A DNA stretch of 64,000 bases, from the NCBI RefSeq assembly GCF_046119375.1, contig NW_027362767.1, positions 165,044,001 through 165,108,000 on the forward strand. The letters are read 5' to 3'. Position 1 is the stretch's first letter. Each line of letters starts with the position of its first letter. A program made the translations under genes and the position numbers. The DNA comes from Phyllobates terribilis. Taxonomy: Eukaryota. Below, piece by piece: positions 25,090-37,997 of this stretch. The notes under the pieces are model-generated. The model ran no database searches and was not told the DNA's origin. It saw only the letters and a program-made list of their open reading frames with translations.

Positions 25090-25990
25090 AAACATAATTT
25101 CAAAGCCCCTTGGAAGAGCTGTGGAGTTCAGAGTGGTTTAACAAGATGGTTTTAATGCCCCTTGGAAGAGACGTGGAGGTCACAGTAGCTTAACAAGACG
25201 GTTTTAATGCCCCTTGAAAGAGATAGGGAGTTCAGAGTGGTTTAACAAGATGGTTTTAATGCTCCTTGGAAGAGTGGTGGAGGTCGCAGTAGCTAAACAA
25301 GACAGTTTTAATGCCCCTTGAAAGAGCAGTGGAGGTTGCAGTAGCTTAACAAGACGGTTTTAATGCCCCTTGGAAAAGTAGTGGAGGTCGCAGTAGCTTA
25401 ACAAGACAGTTTTAATACCCCTTGGAAGAGTGGTGGAGGTCGCATTATCTTAACAAGACAGTTTTAGTGCCCCTTGGAAGAGTGGTGGAGGTCGCAGTAG
25501 CTTAACAAAACGGTTATAATGCCCCTTGGAAAAGAGGTGGGGGTTACAGTGGAATAAAAAGACAATATCAATGCCCCTTAGAAGAGTGGTGGAGGTCGCA
25601 GCAGCTAAATAAGACGATTTTAATGCCCCTTGGAAGAGTGGTGGAGGTCACAGTGGAATAAATAGACAATATCAATGCCCCATGGAAGAGTGGTGGAGGT
25701 CGTAGTAGCTTAACAAGATGGTTTTAATGCCCCTTGGAAGAGTGGTGGAGGTCGCAGTAGCTTAACAAGACGATTTTAATGCACCTTGGAAGAGTGGTGG
25801 AAGTCGCAGTGGTTAACAAGACGGTTTTAATACCCCTTGGAAGATTGGTGGAGGTTGCAGTAGCTTAACAAGATGGTTTTAATGCCCCTTGGAAGAGTGG
25901 TGGAGGTCGCAGTAGCTTAACAAGACTATTTTAATGCCCCTTGGAAGAGTGATGGAGGTCTCAGTAGCTTAACAAGACGATTTTAATGCC
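25090..25990 (+). repeat. 52-bp minisatellite (~17 copies) in the 3' region of element D
   Basis: Unit GCCCCTTGGAAGAGTGGTGGAGGTCGCAGTAGCTTAACAAGACGGTTTTAAT, period 52. Confidence 0.95.
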
Positions 25991-26410
25991 CCTTACAAGA
26001 GCCATGCAGTACAGCATATTAAAAACATTCTTCCCATTATTGGGGAGTGGGTCTCCCATAGTCTTTGCCTATGCCTTCCAAGCAAAAGCTGCCAAAAATT
26101 AGGAAGGAGGAACTTGCAATGCCCCTTACAAGAGCCATGCAGTACAGCATAATAAAAACATTATTCCCATTATTGGGGAGTGGGTCTCCCATAGTCTTTG
26201 CATTCCAAGGAAAAGCTGACAAAAATTAGGACGGAGGATCTTGCAATGCTGGCAACACAGACCACGGTCACCCTTGTGGTATAGTGGTGGTGGAGGCTGA
26301 GGATAAGGAGAAGAGCAAAAAACAGCCGAAATGAGGAAGCGTACACCCATGTGTGGTTGTAAAACGGTGCATGGGAATACACCTCCCGAAATAACACAGT
26401 GGATTTGACT

Positions 26411-29400
26411 TTATGTTACTCTGCTATCATTTGGTGGTGATGAGAAGTCTAGCCCAATCCAGCCCTTGTTCATTTTGATAATGGTCAGCTTGTCAGCATT
26501 GTCAGTTGACAGACGAGTGGGCTTATCAGTTATAATTCCCCCAGCGGCACTAAAAACACGCTCCGATAACACGCTGGCGGCAGGGCAGGCCAGGACCTCC
26601 AAGGCGTACAGAGCGAGTTCATTCCAAGTGTCCAGCTTGGATACCCAATAATTAAAAGGCACAAAGGAATCACGGAGGATGCTGGTACGATCGGCAAGGT
26701 ACTCCCTCATCATCTTTTGAAACTTTCCACTCCTTGTGAGAGTACCCCGCGCCTCAGGGCCTGTAAGCTGGGCGGGTCTCAGAAAACTGTCCCAGAATGT
26801 TGACAGTGTTCTCCTGCCTCTGCTGTATTGGAGTTGCGTCTCTCTCGCCTGTACGCCTTGGTTGTTCAACGAACTGTGACCTCTGCCGCTAGTGTGCTAA
26901 GATGGGAATTTTTTTAACAGTTCTGCAGCAAGGGCCTTCTGGTACTGCCACATTTTTGTAGACCTCTCCACCTCAGGAATAAGAGAGTGAAAGTTCTCCT
27001 TGTAGCGGGGGTCTAAAAGTGTCACCAACCAGTAATGACTGTCACCCAACATTTTGACAACGCGAGGGTCACGGTTACGGCAGCGTAACATAAAGTAAGC
27101 CATGCGTTCCAGACTGGTAACGGGCAAGACTTCCGTGTCTTCACCAAGATGACGACTGACCATGCTCTCCTCCTCATCCCCCCCGTCCTCAGGCCACCCA
27201 TGCTGAACCGACGGTATGACAGTTGTACAGGTACTACCATCTACAGCGCATGATACCAGCTCCTGTTGTTCCTCCTCATCCTCCTCCACTCCCCCATTGT
27301 CCCCCAATGCACGTGGGGATGAGTTGAAGCTGGGCTGTGTGTAATCGCCCATTATTGCTTCTTGATCCATCTCATCATACTCTGGCTGCAATGCCTCCTC
27401 TTTATTTCTCTGCAGAGAGTGTTGCAAAAGACAGACAAGTGGGATGCTGACGCTAATGATGGCGTCATCGCCACTCACCATCTTGGTGGTTTCCTCAAAG
27501 TTTGTCAGGATGGTACATATGTTAGACATCCAGGTCCACTCCTGAGGTCTTATGTGTGGAGTCTGACCTGAATATCGACGGCCTTGTTGCAGCTGGTACT
27601 CCACAACTGCTCTCTTCTACTCACAAATCCTTTGCAACATGTGGAGGATAGAGTTCCAACGTGTGGGGACATCACACACCAGTCGGTGTGCCAGAAGCTG
27701 CAAACGCTGCTGCAACACAGCAAAGGCGGCGGAAGCTGTAGCAGACTTCCAAAAATGAGCTGACAGGCGGCGCACTTTGACAAGCAGATCTAGCAACTTG
27801 GGGTACGATTTAAGAAACCGCTGAACCACGAGGTTAAGCACATGAGCCAGGCATGGTACGTGTGTGATCTCGCCTTGCAAAAGATCCGCCACCAGGTTAC
27901 GGTCATTGTCACACACGACCATGCCTGGATGTAGGTTCAGCGGTCTCAGCCACAGATCTGCCTGCTCTTTCACAGCTGTCCACAACAGTCTGCAGTCTGC
28001 AGATCCTGCAGGGCATGTATCAGGTTAGCTAAAGCTGACAATGAATTAAGGCTTGCAAGAGATGTCAAAAGCAATAAAAAAGGATTTTGGGGGTATGTCA
28101 AAAGTAAAAGAAAAGTCAAAGATGCTATAGGATTTTTACAGGATGAAAATGGAGAAATTGTAAGAGAGGATGTTGAGAAGGCCGAACTTTTTAATTCCTA
28201 TTTTGCATCTGTTTTCTCTCAGAAAGAAAATGTAACATCAACTGATCTTCACTGTCCTTTTAAAGGAATAGATGAATCCAAGTTATCTGTAAACAGAAAG
28301 ATTGTGAGGGAATATTTAGCTAACATAAATGAGTTCAAGTCTCCAGGTCCAGATGAATTACACCCCAGAGTACTGAAGGAGATCGTAGAAGAAATTTTAG
28401 AACCACTCTCCATAATCTTTGAAAATTCTTGGAGAACAGGAGAAGTCCCAGAAGACTGGAGAAGAGCAAATGTTGTTCCTATCTTCAAAAAGGGGAAGAA
28501 GGTGGACCCAGGGAACTATAGGCCGGTGATTCTGACTTCTATACCAGGAAAGATCTTTGAACAAATTATTAAACAACATGTATGTAAGTACATGGATAAG
28601 AATGAAATGATTAACCAGAGTCAGCATGGGTTTGTAACTAACAAGTCATGTCAGACTAACTTAATTTCCTTCTATGACAGAATCACTGACTGGGTGGATC
28701 AGGGAAATGCTGTAGATATAGTATATCTTGACTTCAGCAAAGCATTTGACAAAGTATCTCACACCATCCTTATTGAAAAAATGACCAAGTATGCAATGGA
28801 CCAGGCAACTGTTAGGTGGATTCATAACTGGCTTAGTGATCGGACTCAAAGGGTGGTTGTAAATGGCTTCACATCCAGCTGGATGAATGTCTCAAGTGGG
28901 GTACCACAGGGCTCCGTCCTGGGACCTGTATTGTTCAACATCTTTATCAATGATTTAGATGAAGGAATTGAGGGTAAACTGATTAAATTTGCTGATGACA
29001 CAAAGCTAGGAGGGATAGCTAATACTAGAGAAGAGAGAGAGAGGATTCAAAAAGACCTAAATAAACTGGAGCAGTGGGCAGCAACCAACAGAATGGTTTT
29101 TAACAGGGAAAAATGCAAAGTACTACATCTGGGCAATAAAAATGAAAAAAGCATATACAGAATGGGAGGAATAGAGCTAAGCAACAGTACATGTGAAAAA
29201 GACTTAGGTATACTAATAGATCATAGACTGAACATGAGTCAACAGTGTGATGCAGCAGCAAAAAAGGCAAGTACAATTCTGGGATGTATTAACAGAAGCA
29301 TACAGTCTAGATCACGTGAAGTCATTATCGGTCTTTACTCCTCTTTGGTCAGACCTCATCTGGAATACTGTGTACAGTTTTGGGTACCACATTTTAAAAA

Positions 29401-31292
29401 AGACATAGACAAACTGGAGCAAGTTCAGAGAAGAGCGACCAGAATGGTGACTGGTCTGCAAACCATGTCCTATGAGAAACGGTTGCAGGATTTGGGAATG
29501 TTTAGCTTGCAAAAAAGAAGACTGAGAGGAGACTTAATAGCTGTCTACAAATATGTCAAGGGCTGTCACATTGTAGAAGGATCATCTTTATTCTCATTTG
29601 CACAAGGAAAGACTAGAAGCAATGGGATGAAACTAAATGGGAGGAGACACAGATTAGATATTAGAAAAAACTTTTTGACAGTTAGGGTGAATAATGAGTG
29701 GAACAGGCTGCCACGAGAGGTGGTGAGTTCCCCTTCAATGGACGTCTTCAAACAGAGGCTGGACAGACATCTGTCTGAGATGATCTAGTGAATCCTGCTT
29801 TGAGCAGGGGGTTGGACCAGATGACCCAGGAGGTCCCTTCCAACTCTACCATTCTATGATTCTATGATTCTATGATTAACTCGCAAGCAGTGTGAGGTTT
29901 ATCACCTAATTTTATGAGTTTCAGCACAGCCTGTTGCCGCTTGGCTGACGCAGTACTGCAGTGCTTCCAGCTTGTAACTGATGTGGTGATATCTAAGATG
30001 GAGCCTGAACATGAGGAGGAGGAGGGGGAGGAGGATGATGCACAGGAGCTGTACACTGTCGGGGCAACTCTGACTGACATAGGGCCCGCAATCCATGGTG
30101 TGGGGAGGATGTGTTCTGTTCCAAGGTCCGACTGTGTCCCGGCTTCCACTATGTTTACCCAGTGTACCATCAGAGAGATGTACCGTCCCTGTCCACAAGC
30201 AGTTGTCCACGTGTCCGTTGTCAGGTGGACTCTCCCAGTAACTGCGTAGTTGAGGGCAGATGTTTTGGGACACGTGCTTGTGTAGTGCGGGGATGGCACA
30301 CCGGGCAAAATAGTGTCGGCTGGGGACCTAGTACCGAGGGACGGCCACCGCTATAAGGTTGCGGAAGGATTCCGTCTCCACCAGCCTAAAAGGCAGCATT
30401 TCCAACGCAAGCAGTCGTGAAATATGCGAATTTAGGACTGTGGCCTGTGGGGCGTTGGCTGCGAATTTGAGCTTTCGTTCAAAGGTCTGGAATATGGACA
30501 ATTGAACGCTGGGGTGGGACGTGGACGTGGACGTTGATGCTGTTTCTTGAGAAACTGCCATAACAAGTGAAGACTGAGAGGAGGGGGCATCTTTGCATGC
30601 AGTATGGACAGGGGATTGCCTTGCACGCACAACAGGGGAAGAAGCAGTGGTGACACCCGCTGACACTGGTCGTGGACCCTGAGGTTCACCCCACAAAGTC
30701 GGGTGCTTTACTGACATGTGCCTGATCGTGCTGGTGGTGGTCAAGCTGGTAGTTTTGTCAGCCCTTCTGATGCTGGCATGGCAGGTGGTACAAATGGCCA
30801 TTTTGGGGTTATCAGCAGAGTCTTTAGAAAAATTCCAGACTCTGGAAGACCTACCGGTTGTAATGGCAACGTCCCTCGGGTTGGTGTTATGGGGAACTGT
30901 TGCCCACCTTCTGGCTGCAGCCACTACACTGCTTCTTCCTGCCAGTTGGGGTACTCTGCCTCCCTCCCCCTGTGTGCCGCTGGCCTCGCTCTGTGTGTCC
31001 TACTGCCGCGTTGGGTCAGTTACTAGATCATCCACCACCTCCTCCCCTTCCACTTGCGCACCACGATCCTCCTCCTCACTTCGTGGCAATTGTGTCTCGT
31101 CATCGTCCACCTCTTGTGACAAATTGCCAGCGTCGACTTCCTCTGGCCATGGCTGTTCAAATATTTGGGCATCGCTACATGGGATCTCCTCTTCCACCAC
31201 TTCAAGCGGAGCAGGCGAGGGGCACAAATATGGAAATGGACCAGTGAACAGCTCTTCAGAGTGTCCAACTGCCACGCGCCTTGCCCAATGTA
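26411..31292 (-). pseudogene. hAT transposase D, split by CR1 (27986-29877), with a 5' deletion
   Basis: Minus-strand ORF pieces carry BED (WNFSKDSADNPKMAICTTC..IRHMSVKH), LTTDTWT, CDNDRNL, CLAHVLNL, TRWNS, LDPRYKEN and SERVFSAAG. Closely resembles C. Confidence 0.9.
27986..29877 (+). mobile_element. 5'-truncated CR1 LINE with an uninterrupted ORF2 3' part (RT domain) and an (ATTCTATG)n tail
   Basis: KSPGPDELHPRVLKE, YRPV.LTS, QHGF, YLDFSKAFD, SGVPQGSVLGP and KFADDTKL motifs. The frame appears open from ~28015 to the stop at 29788. Three octamer repeats at 29851-29877, with AAC at both junctions. Confidence 0.95.
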
Positions 31293-31529
31293 AATGACGT
31301 AAAATAGCTTACACTCGCACTATCAATGGAAAAAGGGTAATAAAAAGGAGATTAGAACCGTGGAAGAGGAAAACCACAGTTCTATTTCTCTGGCCTACAC
31401 CAGAATCTTTTAAACAGATATATTTGTGTCTGAACAGTCAGGTAGACACTATTACTGTTTTTTTTAATGTAAAAAAGGCCAAAAGCTGGATAATACAGAG
31501 ATTTTAACCGTGGAACTGCAAAACCAAAC

Positions 31530-32680
31530 TCGCTGCATACCCTATAACTGTATAGCAGATTCTCTCCTTTCTAATAGGAACATGTCATACTTGTTACTGT
31601 GGCTCTGTTCCATGTGTCTTTAAATTCCTAGTGGGGTTTTTCCTAAAATTGTCAGCCGCTGGACTCACTGCATACCCTATAACTGTATAGCAGACTCTCT
31701 CCTTTCTAATGGGAACATGTCGTACCTTGTTACTGTGGCCCTTCTCCATGTGTCTTTAAATTCTTAGTGGGTTTTTTCCTAAAATTGTCAGTGACGCGCC
31801 CAGGGGATGGGGACGACTCGATACCCGGGCCTTTACTTGGTTTGGGGATGTCGCGTTGGTCGGCTCCCGGGCCCGTACCCTGTGGTCACTCTTGAAAAAG
31901 GGGATTGGAACATGGATAAAATAAATAAACAGTTTGTGACGTCACCTGTGGTACCCGGTAATGATTACCAGCGCTGCTTAAGACCTCCAGGGGTGTTGGG
32001 ATGGCAGCTGAGGTGTTTCTGCTCCCCACAGGTGGAGCGGGCCCCCGGGGCAGGGATGGTGTGAAGGGATGCAGGAGAGAGGGGACGCAGCTGGGTCAGA
32101 GGAAGAACAGACACGCACACAGGGGTTCGCTTCAGTACCTTTACTGATGATGGTAGTCAGGTACGGTCCGGGGTACTTGAAGGTGGTGTGCACTTCTGGA
32201 CTTGCTCTCCAGTGAGTGGGTGTAAGGCCTCCTTGCCTCTTTCTTCCTGTCTCTCTCCCTGGAGCTTCTGACCTGCCTGGAACAGGGTCTAGCTTCCTTG
32301 ATGATTCTCTCACCAGTCTGCTTGGCAGCGAGGGCTTTCCCCTGGTTACCACTATCCCTGGACACCGGGGCCTTCGTGGTACCTAGTCCTATAAATGTGC
32401 GGTATTCACCGTTGTACTCATTGCATACCCTACAACTGTATAGCAGACTCTCTCCTTTCTAAAGGGAACATGTTGTACCTTGTTACTGTGACCCCGCTCT
32501 GTGTGTCTTTAAATTCTTAGTGGGGTTTTTCCTAAAATTGTCAACCGTTGGACTGACTGCATACCCTATAACTGTATAGCAGACTCTCTCATTTCTAATG
32601 GGAACATGTCGTGCTTGTTACTGTTGCCCTGCTCCATGTGTCTTTAAATTCTTAATGGGTTTTTTTCCACATTTTGGCAG
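31530..32680. repeat. ~135-bp tandem repeat upstream of transposase D (4 copies), interrupted at ~31791-32408
   Basis: GCATACCCTATAACTGTATAGCAGA occurs at 31535, 31670, 32423 and 32559. Confidence 0.85.
31791..32408. mobile_element. ~620-bp GC-rich insertion, possibly an LTR fragment
   Basis: Splits one 135-bp monomer between ...AAAATTGTCA and ACCGTTG...; begins GTGACGCGCCCAGGGG. Confidence 0.4.
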
Positions 32681-34089
32681 CCCTTGCAGTCACAGCATGG
32701 GCATTACCACTTATAGGAGACCAGCTCCTTTATAATGGGAAAATTTTTTTTACTGCGACCCTCCTCTATGTCTCTTCAAAGGGGTATTGGGTTGCGTCCA
32801 CATTTTTGGCAGCCCATGCAGTCACTGGATACGCAATAACAGTATAGGAGACCCACTTGTTAATAATGGGAACAACAAAGCATAGCCGGCTGATGGCTCT
32901 CTAACAATAGCTGGGGCTGACTGCTGGCCTTTTAAGAATAGTAAGGGCTGTCTGATGTCCCTATAAAAAAAGGCTTTATGACTTTCAGAGTCCCTCCATC
33001 ATAAATAAAACAGGAAGTGTCTGATGATGTGTCACACACCACATTGCCAGCTAAGGTTGTAAATTGTTAAAATTACATTTCCCGGTGAATGCATTTGTCT
33101 AAAAAAAAAAAAAAAAAAAAGTATCTGGCATCAGGCTGTTGCTGGATTTGAAATGGGTCCAGAACCTTCTGTGGTCTCCCATCCCAGTCCAGCCAGGGCT
33201 AACGCTGCTCAGCATCATCTTCAGCCCCAACGCCTAACTGGCCCACGAAATGTACAGATTGTCTCTTGGGTATTTGTGCCTAGCAACATTAAGCATAGGT
33301 TGCAAAGGGAGACACTGCCCTTGGAGTCGAAGTCCAGGATTCGCCGCACTGAGCATGCCCGTGACCTGGCGGACCGTGATTGGTGGTTTGGCAACCACCT
33401 GACCCGGTGACATAGCACCGCCTGATTGGTCCTCGGGTGGCGTCACCAATGGTGCGACCGTGGGCAGGGCTTAGTCTTTAAAAGGCCCACCCACAAACAT
33501 GGCGGTGCTCTCTGATCATATAGCATGTGATGCTGTTGTGTGGATGACTGTGTTCCACGTAGTTTCCATAGGCAGGTTTAGTGGAAGTAGGCAGGCTAGT
33601 GGAAATAGGCAGCTAACTTCGTCTTGCAGTCTGGCTCTGCCAAAGGGGTCACCTAACACCCCGATCAGCCTGCAGACGTCCTATCCACGGCTATCGCCTG
33701 TCAACCATGTGGAGTAGTACCCTTCAGTCCGGTAGCACACCGGCTGGAGGCACATGTACCCATTGGCGTAGTCACACACGCATCATAGCATCGCCAGTGT
33801 AGTCCCTGTGCAGTAATAGGTCTACAGATAGTTTTTCTCCGCACATCTCTCGTGCTGCTAACGGAGATAGTGCAAATTGCTGCACCCGTTCTTGTGTGCA
33901 GTAACACGGAAGGGTTTATTATTTAAGTTGGCTGCTTTCCTTTTCACCCAGAAAGTGTTCGGCAGCAGTCCACCAGGCTGCATCGCGGACCCTGGGGTCG
34001 GTTGCGTTCCATTATAATAAAGTTGTTTGCAACTGCCCTCCTAACAAATAGGATCTTTCTTTAGTATAAATTTAACAACAATGTAATCA

Positions 34090-34335
34090 CATTGTTCAGC
34101 TCATGCACCTTCTCCATCTCCGAAATGACCACATCAGTCACAAGCTGACAGCACTGCAGCACTGCCTTGGCCAAGCGGCAACAGGCTGTGCTGAAGATAA
34201 CATGCTTAATGCTTAATTGACAAACCACCCAGCACTGCAGAGTTGTTAAAAGCTGTAACACAGCAGCCTGATCTGTGGCTCTCACCGCTGAACATACAGA
34301 CAGGCATGGTCGTGTGTGACAATGGGCGGAACCTG
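34090..34335 (+). pseudogene. Isolated fragment of a family-C/D transposase
   Basis: Matches 20620-20835 (CTCCATCTCCGAAATGACCACATCAGTCAC...GCGGCAACAGGCTGTGCTG). Confidence 0.8.
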
Positions 34336-35009
34336 ATGACGGAGAAATGACAGCCGGGGTAGATACGGTTTCCCTCTATGCCAGTCCTTTCACTGAGCTA
34401 AAGAATATGGCTGTGGTGAAATACTACTCCCACTGAGAAGCTGTTTCAGATTGAAAAACATTGTGCCCACCAGAGGATTTGATTCTGAGGGCTAACCTTT
34501 CTCCCCCGCTCAAGAGCCCCATAGCAGCTGCAAAGTTAGCGCTATCATGAACTTTCCTGAGGTAGAAGCCAAGGCACACCAGAGGATTCTCTGGTGGGAC
34601 CGTCCAACCCTGCTGAGAAGCAGTCCTGGCTAAGAAAAGTGTGTGGAAAAGTTCCAGGACACTCTATGGTGGAATGTGGGTGGGTGGCTGGCTGCATACT
34701 TGCACTTGCATTCCAAGTAACAGAAAACTAAGCAGATGGTGGCCTCTATCATCATCATGGCCCCACCTCAGCACTATGAATTCTCCTGAAGGAGAAGCCA
34801 GGGCCCGCCGGAGGAGTGTCCGGTTCTCTGGTGGGGAAGGTTCCCGGACACTCTATGGCTGTTTTTTAATGTGGATCGGCCATGCTTATGCATGTTATTT
34901 CTCAGACCGCATTATAGATCAGGCCATTGTCCAACTCTGTATTCAAGAAATTAAATGCGCAAAGAAAGATGTGTGTGTGTCAAAGCACCACCGACAAGGG
35001 CCAGTTGAT

Positions 35010-36662
35010 GCCTGCGCTTCTCAGTGTCTGCGGGATGACAGGCTGGATGGCAGCGTTCTGCTGCGGTCCAGCCTGTCATCTCAATGTAGCAGAGCTGAAG
35101 CTGTCCTGGGAACCATGGAAAGGTAAGGATGAGGTTGCTTTATTATTTTACTTTTATTGCAGGAGATCGTTGGCTTCAGCTGGAATGGGCGTGGTGGTAA
35201 GTATGGTTTAATTTAGAACAATAAAGGATTGTGTCTTTATTTCAATTAAAGGACTTTATTCTGGGTGTTTGTGTTTTCTTTTAACTTTGACTATGGGGTT
35301 AGTAATGGGGGTGTCTTATAGATGCCTCTCCATTACTAACCTGGGCTTGATGTCAGCTGGCATTATAAGCTGACATCAACCCCAGCCCTATTACCCCACT
35401 GCCACCGCTACAGGGCAGTGGGAAGAGCGAGGCTAAGTGCCAGAATTGGCGCATCCTATGGATGCGCCATTTCTGGGGCGGCTGACGGCTGGTGTTTCTA
35501 GCCTGGGAGGGGGCCAATATTCATGGCACCCTTCCTGGGCTATTAATATCAGCCCCCAGCTGTCTGCCTAGCTTTTGCTAGCTATTAAAATAGGGGGGAC
35601 CCCACGTCATTTTTTTGGGAGGGTCCCCCATTTTAATAGCTAGTAAAGGCTAGGTATTCCGCTGGGGGCTGATATTAGTAGCCTGGGAAGCTCCGTGGGT
35701 ATTACCCCCTTCCCAGGCTTCAAACATCTGCCCCAGCCGTCTGCTTAACCTCCGCTAGAGCCTAAAATTACGGGGAACCCCACGCCAATTGTTTTTTAAA
35801 TAAATCCTTTATTTTAACACTAAATGACAAGTACAGTAATCAACACTATCACTGTACTTCGTATATATGTGGCTGACATGTTTCTATCTATCTAATCTAT
35901 GTGTGATGCTCTATTCCTTCTATTCTAAATTGTCGGGTACAAATGCTGAAATGCCGGCCGGCTTTTTTAAAGAGACAGTGCATGAAAACACTATTATTTT
36001 TTTTAATAAATCCTTTACACTAAATGACAAGTACAGTAAGCAACACTGTCACTGTACTTCATATATATGTGACTGACATGTTTCTATCTATCTAATCTAT
36101 GTGTGATTCTCTATTCTTTCTATTCCAAATTGTCGGGTACCGCTGCTGAATTGCCGGCCGGCTTTTTTAAAGAGACGGTGCATTAAAACACTATTATTTT
36201 TTTTGATAAATCCTTTACACTAAATGACAAGTACAGTAAGCAACACTGTCACTGTACTTCATATATATGTGGCTGACATGTTTCTATCTATCTAATCTAT
36301 GTGTGAAGCTCTATTCTTTCGGTTCTAAATTGTCAGGTACCGGTGTATGCCGCTGCTGAATTGCCGGCTTTTCATGTTTCACTGTTGGCACTGTTCCCAT
36401 CGATTTGGGCAATCACTGTAATGCCACAACCACCATGGCTGTGGCATTACAGTGAGTGGCAGACAATCCCTGCATGATTGGTGCTCTAAATAGCGCCAGA
36501 CATGCAGGACAAGCTTTTGGTGCACGAACAGTTATCGAACATAACCTCGAACAGTCGAATTTTTTGCAAATCGTTCGGGTTCGTCGAACAACTCGAACAC
36601 CGCCCAAAACAGCTCGAATTTGAGATTGGCGAACAGTTCTAGTCGAACACCGCTCATCTCTA
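35010..36662 (-). mobile_element. Truncated second copy of the palindromic non-autonomous hAT (left TIR plus the outer arm)
   Basis: TIR GCTCATCTCTA ends at 36662 and is followed by ATCCTTAT. 36380-36662 is the reverse complement of 40405-40690, and 35010-36380 matches 44535-46080. Confidence 0.88.
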
Positions 36663-37997
36663 ATCCTTATCCTCCTGTAAGCTACGAAGGGCTTGTCGGT
36701 CAAGGGGTGTAAGATTGTTATGATGGTGTAGCTTACCTCTATCTATGTTGTTTCTTTGATCTTGGAAGGCATTGTCTATAAAGGAGATAAATGTCTCTAC
36801 TGTTGGTGTTCCTCGAGGAGGTCTATATGTACTCTTAGGCCTCAAACCCAAACTCTGTGATGTGATGCATACTGATGGGTCTGAAGATACATTAATCGGG
36901 GGGTTATTTGCAAAATGTGTTTTAAGACGTAATGTTCTGTAGAAACGCTGCAGTTCCATATCTAACTGGAAAGTGTTGTACTTGTGTGTGGGGCTAAATG
37001 TTAGCCCTTTTTGTAGCACTGAGGTTTGGGCGACGCTAAGAGTTTGTGAGGAGATATTTACCACCAGCATTGAGCTCTGGATCTGGTGATCCTGGTAGTC
37101 TGTATTTCCTCCTCCGCCTGCCGCCTCGCCTCGTTGTCTTCTGGGTGGTCGTCGACTGGGTAGGCCTAACAAAGGAGCAGATTGTGTCAGTTGATCTCTG
37201 TGCTCCGTTTCAGAGCCTGATGTTGAGAAATCGGTAGAAGATTTTGCTGATCGGTGGATATTCCTGCCGGTATAGGAGTTGTCCTGCCATTTGTAGACTC
37301 GGTTTAGTTCGTAATCTTCAGAATCCCTGATGAATTTATTCCTTTTTCTAGCTTCAGTATCTCTTTTGTGAAGATCAATATTTGCTTGAATTTTATTCTG
37401 TAGTTCCTGTAGGTCCTCGGGACTAGTTGAGGATGTCAGTTGATCTTCAATGTTCTTGATCCTTTCTTTAGTGGTGGTGATGGCCTTATGTAAAAAATCA
37501 ACTGTTAGAACCATGAGATCAAATGAACATTTGTTAAGAATCAATTCAAATTTGGAAGAGTAATCAGGGATATCTGAGAATAAGGTAGGACGTATTTGTA
37601 CTCGCAACCCTCTAGGGATTCTGTGGGCCCTGAGGTACTCTGTCAAGGTTACGCAGTGAAGTTCAATATTTGTTAAATGCCCGCGTTCTTTCTCGAGGTC
37701 TCGTCCACGTGTCTCCCTGGGTGGAACTCTGAGAAAATCGCTGGAGAGATAAGTCTGTGCGATGATACTGGAGGCTTCATCGGCGTTGTATGAAAATGTG
37801 GAGGTTGTCATGGCACGACAGTGTGCATATGGACAGGCGTATATAATTAAAGATAGAACACGCAGCACAACTGGACCAGGGTGCATGAGAGGAATCCAAG
37901 ACCATGAAGTTAGTAGTAAAATCTCGGCACACCATTAGCTGAATATTAGTTAGTTTTTATTATAGCAGTCCACATCAAGCGTTTCGGCCCTTTTACG
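36663..37997 (-). mobile_element. Penelope-like retroelement 5' part (ORF N-terminus up to the start of RT), cut by the hAT MITE
   Basis: 408-aa ORF with ..RIPRGLR..NKCSFDLM.. and LVVNIS..VLQKGLTFSPT..NLTPLDRQALRSLQEDKD. This is my recall of the region preceding the KPADKG motif of Poseidon-type PLEs. An upstream GGCCGAAACGC motif resembles the 3' half of a hammerhead ribozyme. Confidence 0.65.

Larger units (their letters stand above)
22515..33050 (-). mobile_element. hAT element D (family C/D), inverted inside C; right TIR at 22515, left end not found
   Basis: TAGTGTTGAGC at 22515 is preceded by GTGTTTAT. 22515-23480 is approximately the reverse complement of 38000-38851 plus 46422-46764. 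The transposase lies on the minus strand. Confidence 0.7.
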
